Positions 62,570-64,000 of a DNA stretch of 64,000 nt are shown one piece after another. The notes under the pieces are model-generated. The model saw nothing but the letters and a program-made list of their open reading frames with translations, had not been told where the DNA came from and did not search any database. A program made the position numbers and the translations under genes. This DNA is from Kiritimatiellia bacterium (GTDB taxonomy: Bacteria > Verrucomicrobiota > Kiritimatiellia > CAIQIC01 > Lenti-01), in NCBI GenBank assembly GCA_040768005.1, contig JAXGNL010000001.1, positions 7,008 to 71,007 on the forward strand, given 5' to 3'. Numbering within the stretch: position 1 is the first letter of the stretch; every line of letters begins with the position of its first letter.

Positions 62570-62641
62570 TTTTCCACGGTGTGGAAATTCTTTTTCCATG
62601 GCGTGGAAAATTTCCGGAAATTTTTTCCATGCCGTGGAAAA
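62570..62641. repeat. ~71-bp element of three TTTTCCA-N5-TGGAAAA palindromes (copy 2, inverted relative to 14849-14919)
   Basis: TTTTCCACGGTGTGGAAA (62570-62587), TTTTCCATGGCGTGGAAAA (62592-62610), TTTTCCATGCCGTGGAAAA (62623-62641). The palindrome TTTCCGGAAA lies at 62611-62620. Confidence 0.8.
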
Positions 62642-62782
62642 TCCGGATGGAAGAGCGGCACATCCGCTGTTGGGTGCATACCCAGTCAACTTGAGCGAAG
62701 ACGCGCAATGCCGAAGTCGGAATCGCTTGTCCCGCCACCGCGGAATTTCAGCAACACACCGCCAATATGCAAGGGCGTGACG

Positions 62783-62904
62783 GTCATCCCGAGCTTGTCG
62801 AGGGATCTCAATCCCGATCCCGCAGGCAAACCGAAGTGGCGAGGCCGAGATGTCTCGACCCGTCTTCACGCAAGGCTTCGGCGAGGCACGCAGACTCGGG
62901 ATGG
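62783..62904. repeat. inverted-repeat-bounded structured element (GTCATCCCGAG...CTCGGGATGGC)
   Basis: Terminal 11-mers are complementary apart from one mismatch. Internal complementary pairs include CCGAAG/CTTCGG. The sequence gtcatcccgagcttgtcgagggatc belongs to a repeat type seen translated as spurious ORFs in many genomes. Confidence 0.45.
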
Positions 62905-63136
62905 CAGCCGCTTCCCGCCCGGCAAAGCCGGCGGGAGCAACCTGATCAAGATCGAAACCGTGCCATAACCTTGTCCGCCGGACTTATGCTTGTTATAACA
63001 TCCATAGTATGGTTGTTATAATAACCATACTCTCCGTAAGACCCTGGGTTACGAAGGGGTCGGATGTTTTTCGCGTGATTCGGGCGGGGGGATGTGCGAC
63101 AGTCGCGGACATGTGTTCAACCCTTGAGGAGACCCC

Positions 63137-64000
63137 ATGAAAGTACCGCTGTTGGATTTGAAGCCTCAATATGCCCAGATCCGGGAGGAGATCGAGCCCG
63201 CGCTGCTGGAGATCTGCCGGTCGCAGGCGTTCATCCTGGGCCCGAAGGTGCAGGAATGCGAGGCGGCGGTGGCGGCGTACTGCGGCGCGGCGCACGCGGT
63301 GGGGGTTACGTCGGGTTCGGATGCGCTGATCCTGGCCCTGATGACGGAAGGCATCGGCGCCGGCGACGAGGTGATTACAACGCCCTACACGTTTTTCGCG
63401 ACGGTCGGGGCGATCTCGCGGCTGGGGGCGAAGCCGGTGTTCGTGGATATTGACCCGGTGACGTTCAATCTGGACGTCTCGAAGCTGGAAGCGGCGGTGA
63501 CGCCGCGGACGAAGGCGATCATTCCGGTGCATCTCTACGGCCAGATGGCGGACATGGATGCCGTGATGGCGGTGGCGAAGGCGCACGGCCTGATCGTGAT
63601 CGAAGACGCCGCGCAGGCGATCGGTTCGGAATGGAAGGGCCGGCGCGCCGGGAGCATCGGCGACTACGGGTGCTTCTCGTTCTTCCCGTCCAAAAACCTC
63701 GGCTGTTTCGGCGACGGGGGCATGGTGACGATGCAGGAGGAGGCCAAGGCGAAAAAGGCGGTGATTCTGCGCAATCACGGCTCGGAGCCCAAGTACTACC
63801 ATCAGCTCGTCGGCGGCAATTTCCGGCTCGACGCCCTGCAGGCGGCGGTGGTGACGATCAAACTGAAGCACCTGGACGGCTGGACGGCGGGTCGTCAGGC
63901 CAATGCCGAGCGCTACCGCCGGCTGTTTGCGGCGGCCGGCCTCGAGGCCGCCGGGCAGGTGGTCCTGCCGCAGGCGGTGGCCAACCGCCACATCTACAAC
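63137..64000 (+). CDS. DegT/DnrJ/EryC1/StrS family aminotransferase (3' end beyond the window, not in the ORF track)
   Basis: Own translation from the ATG at 63137: [42 protein letters not shown]...[13 protein letters not shown]...[13 protein letters not shown]...[16 protein letters not shown]. The frame is open to 64000. Confidence 0.85.
   Translation, partial: MKVPLLDLKPQYAQIREEIEPALLEICRSQAFILGPKVQECEAAVAAYCGAAHAVGVTSGSDALILALMTEGIGAGDEVITTPYTFFATVGAISRLGAKPVFVDIDPVTFNLDVSKLEAAVTPRTKAIIPVHLYGQMADMDAVMAVAKAHGLIVIEDAAQAIGSEWKGRRAGSIGDYGCFSFFPSKNLGCFGDGGMVTMQEEAKAKKAVILRNHGSEPKYYHQLVGGNFRLDALQAAVVTIKLKHLDGWTAGRQANAERYRRLFAAAGLEAAGQVVLPQAVANRHIYN

Noticed and set aside
1-64000. rRNA, tRNA, tmRNA, RNase P and SRP RNA genes.
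   Set aside because: No intergenic segment showed cloverleaf-compatible or otherwise recognisable conserved RNA sequence by eye. This is a negative result from visual inspection only and should be confirmed with tRNAscan-SE and Infernal.

Overview
High-GC bacterial chromosomal window with dense coding. Most long ORFs in the track are antisense or alternative-frame shadows of real genes and were ignored. No rRNA, tRNA, CRISPR array, integrase or classical IS element was found. Housekeeping content: ABC-2/GldG-like exporter operon, ferritin, tgt-yajC-secDF-recJ, clpB, gatCAB, a flavodiiron protein, a multi-PAS histidine kinase with a LuxR-type regulator, a c-di-GMP module beside pilT, and a DegT-type aminotransferase. 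Four parts stand out. (1) 1-9509 (minus strand) is a tightly packed six-gene envelope cluster. It encodes three lipoproteins, two of which share a short CsgG/TolB-N-like domain; one of those two carries about six FN3 repeats. It also encodes a small coiled-coil protein and two giant polyacidic secreted paralogs. The paralogs share a ~1 kb near-identical module but have different N-terminal heads, one with a transglutaminase/papain-like Cys-His-Asp pattern. I do not recognise this combination as a described system. (2) 34388-46188 (plus strand) is a nine-gene type I restriction-modification operon joined almost entirely by ATGA overlaps. Its order is half-size HsdS, HsdM, a hairpin-bounded GxxExxY nuclease cassette, a RhuM-Doc fusion, a full HsdS, a SWIM zinc-finger protein, a HUH/Y1 (RAYT-like) protein fused to a DprA/SLOG-like domain, HsdR, and a YgjP-type metallopeptidase. 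The SWIM plus HUH-SLOG pair between hsdS and hsdR is the best candidate for an undescribed defence add-on. (3) An aconitase gene (12104-14785) needs at least ten frame changes to read through, although its motifs remain legible. (4) Several non-coding structures are present. These are a dispersed ~71 bp element made of three TTTTCCA-N5-TGGAAAA palindromes (two inverted copies), a helically phased A-tract array, AT-rich islets with operator-like palindromes, and REP-like hairpin families. Family assignments come from motif recognition by eye. No database search was run.
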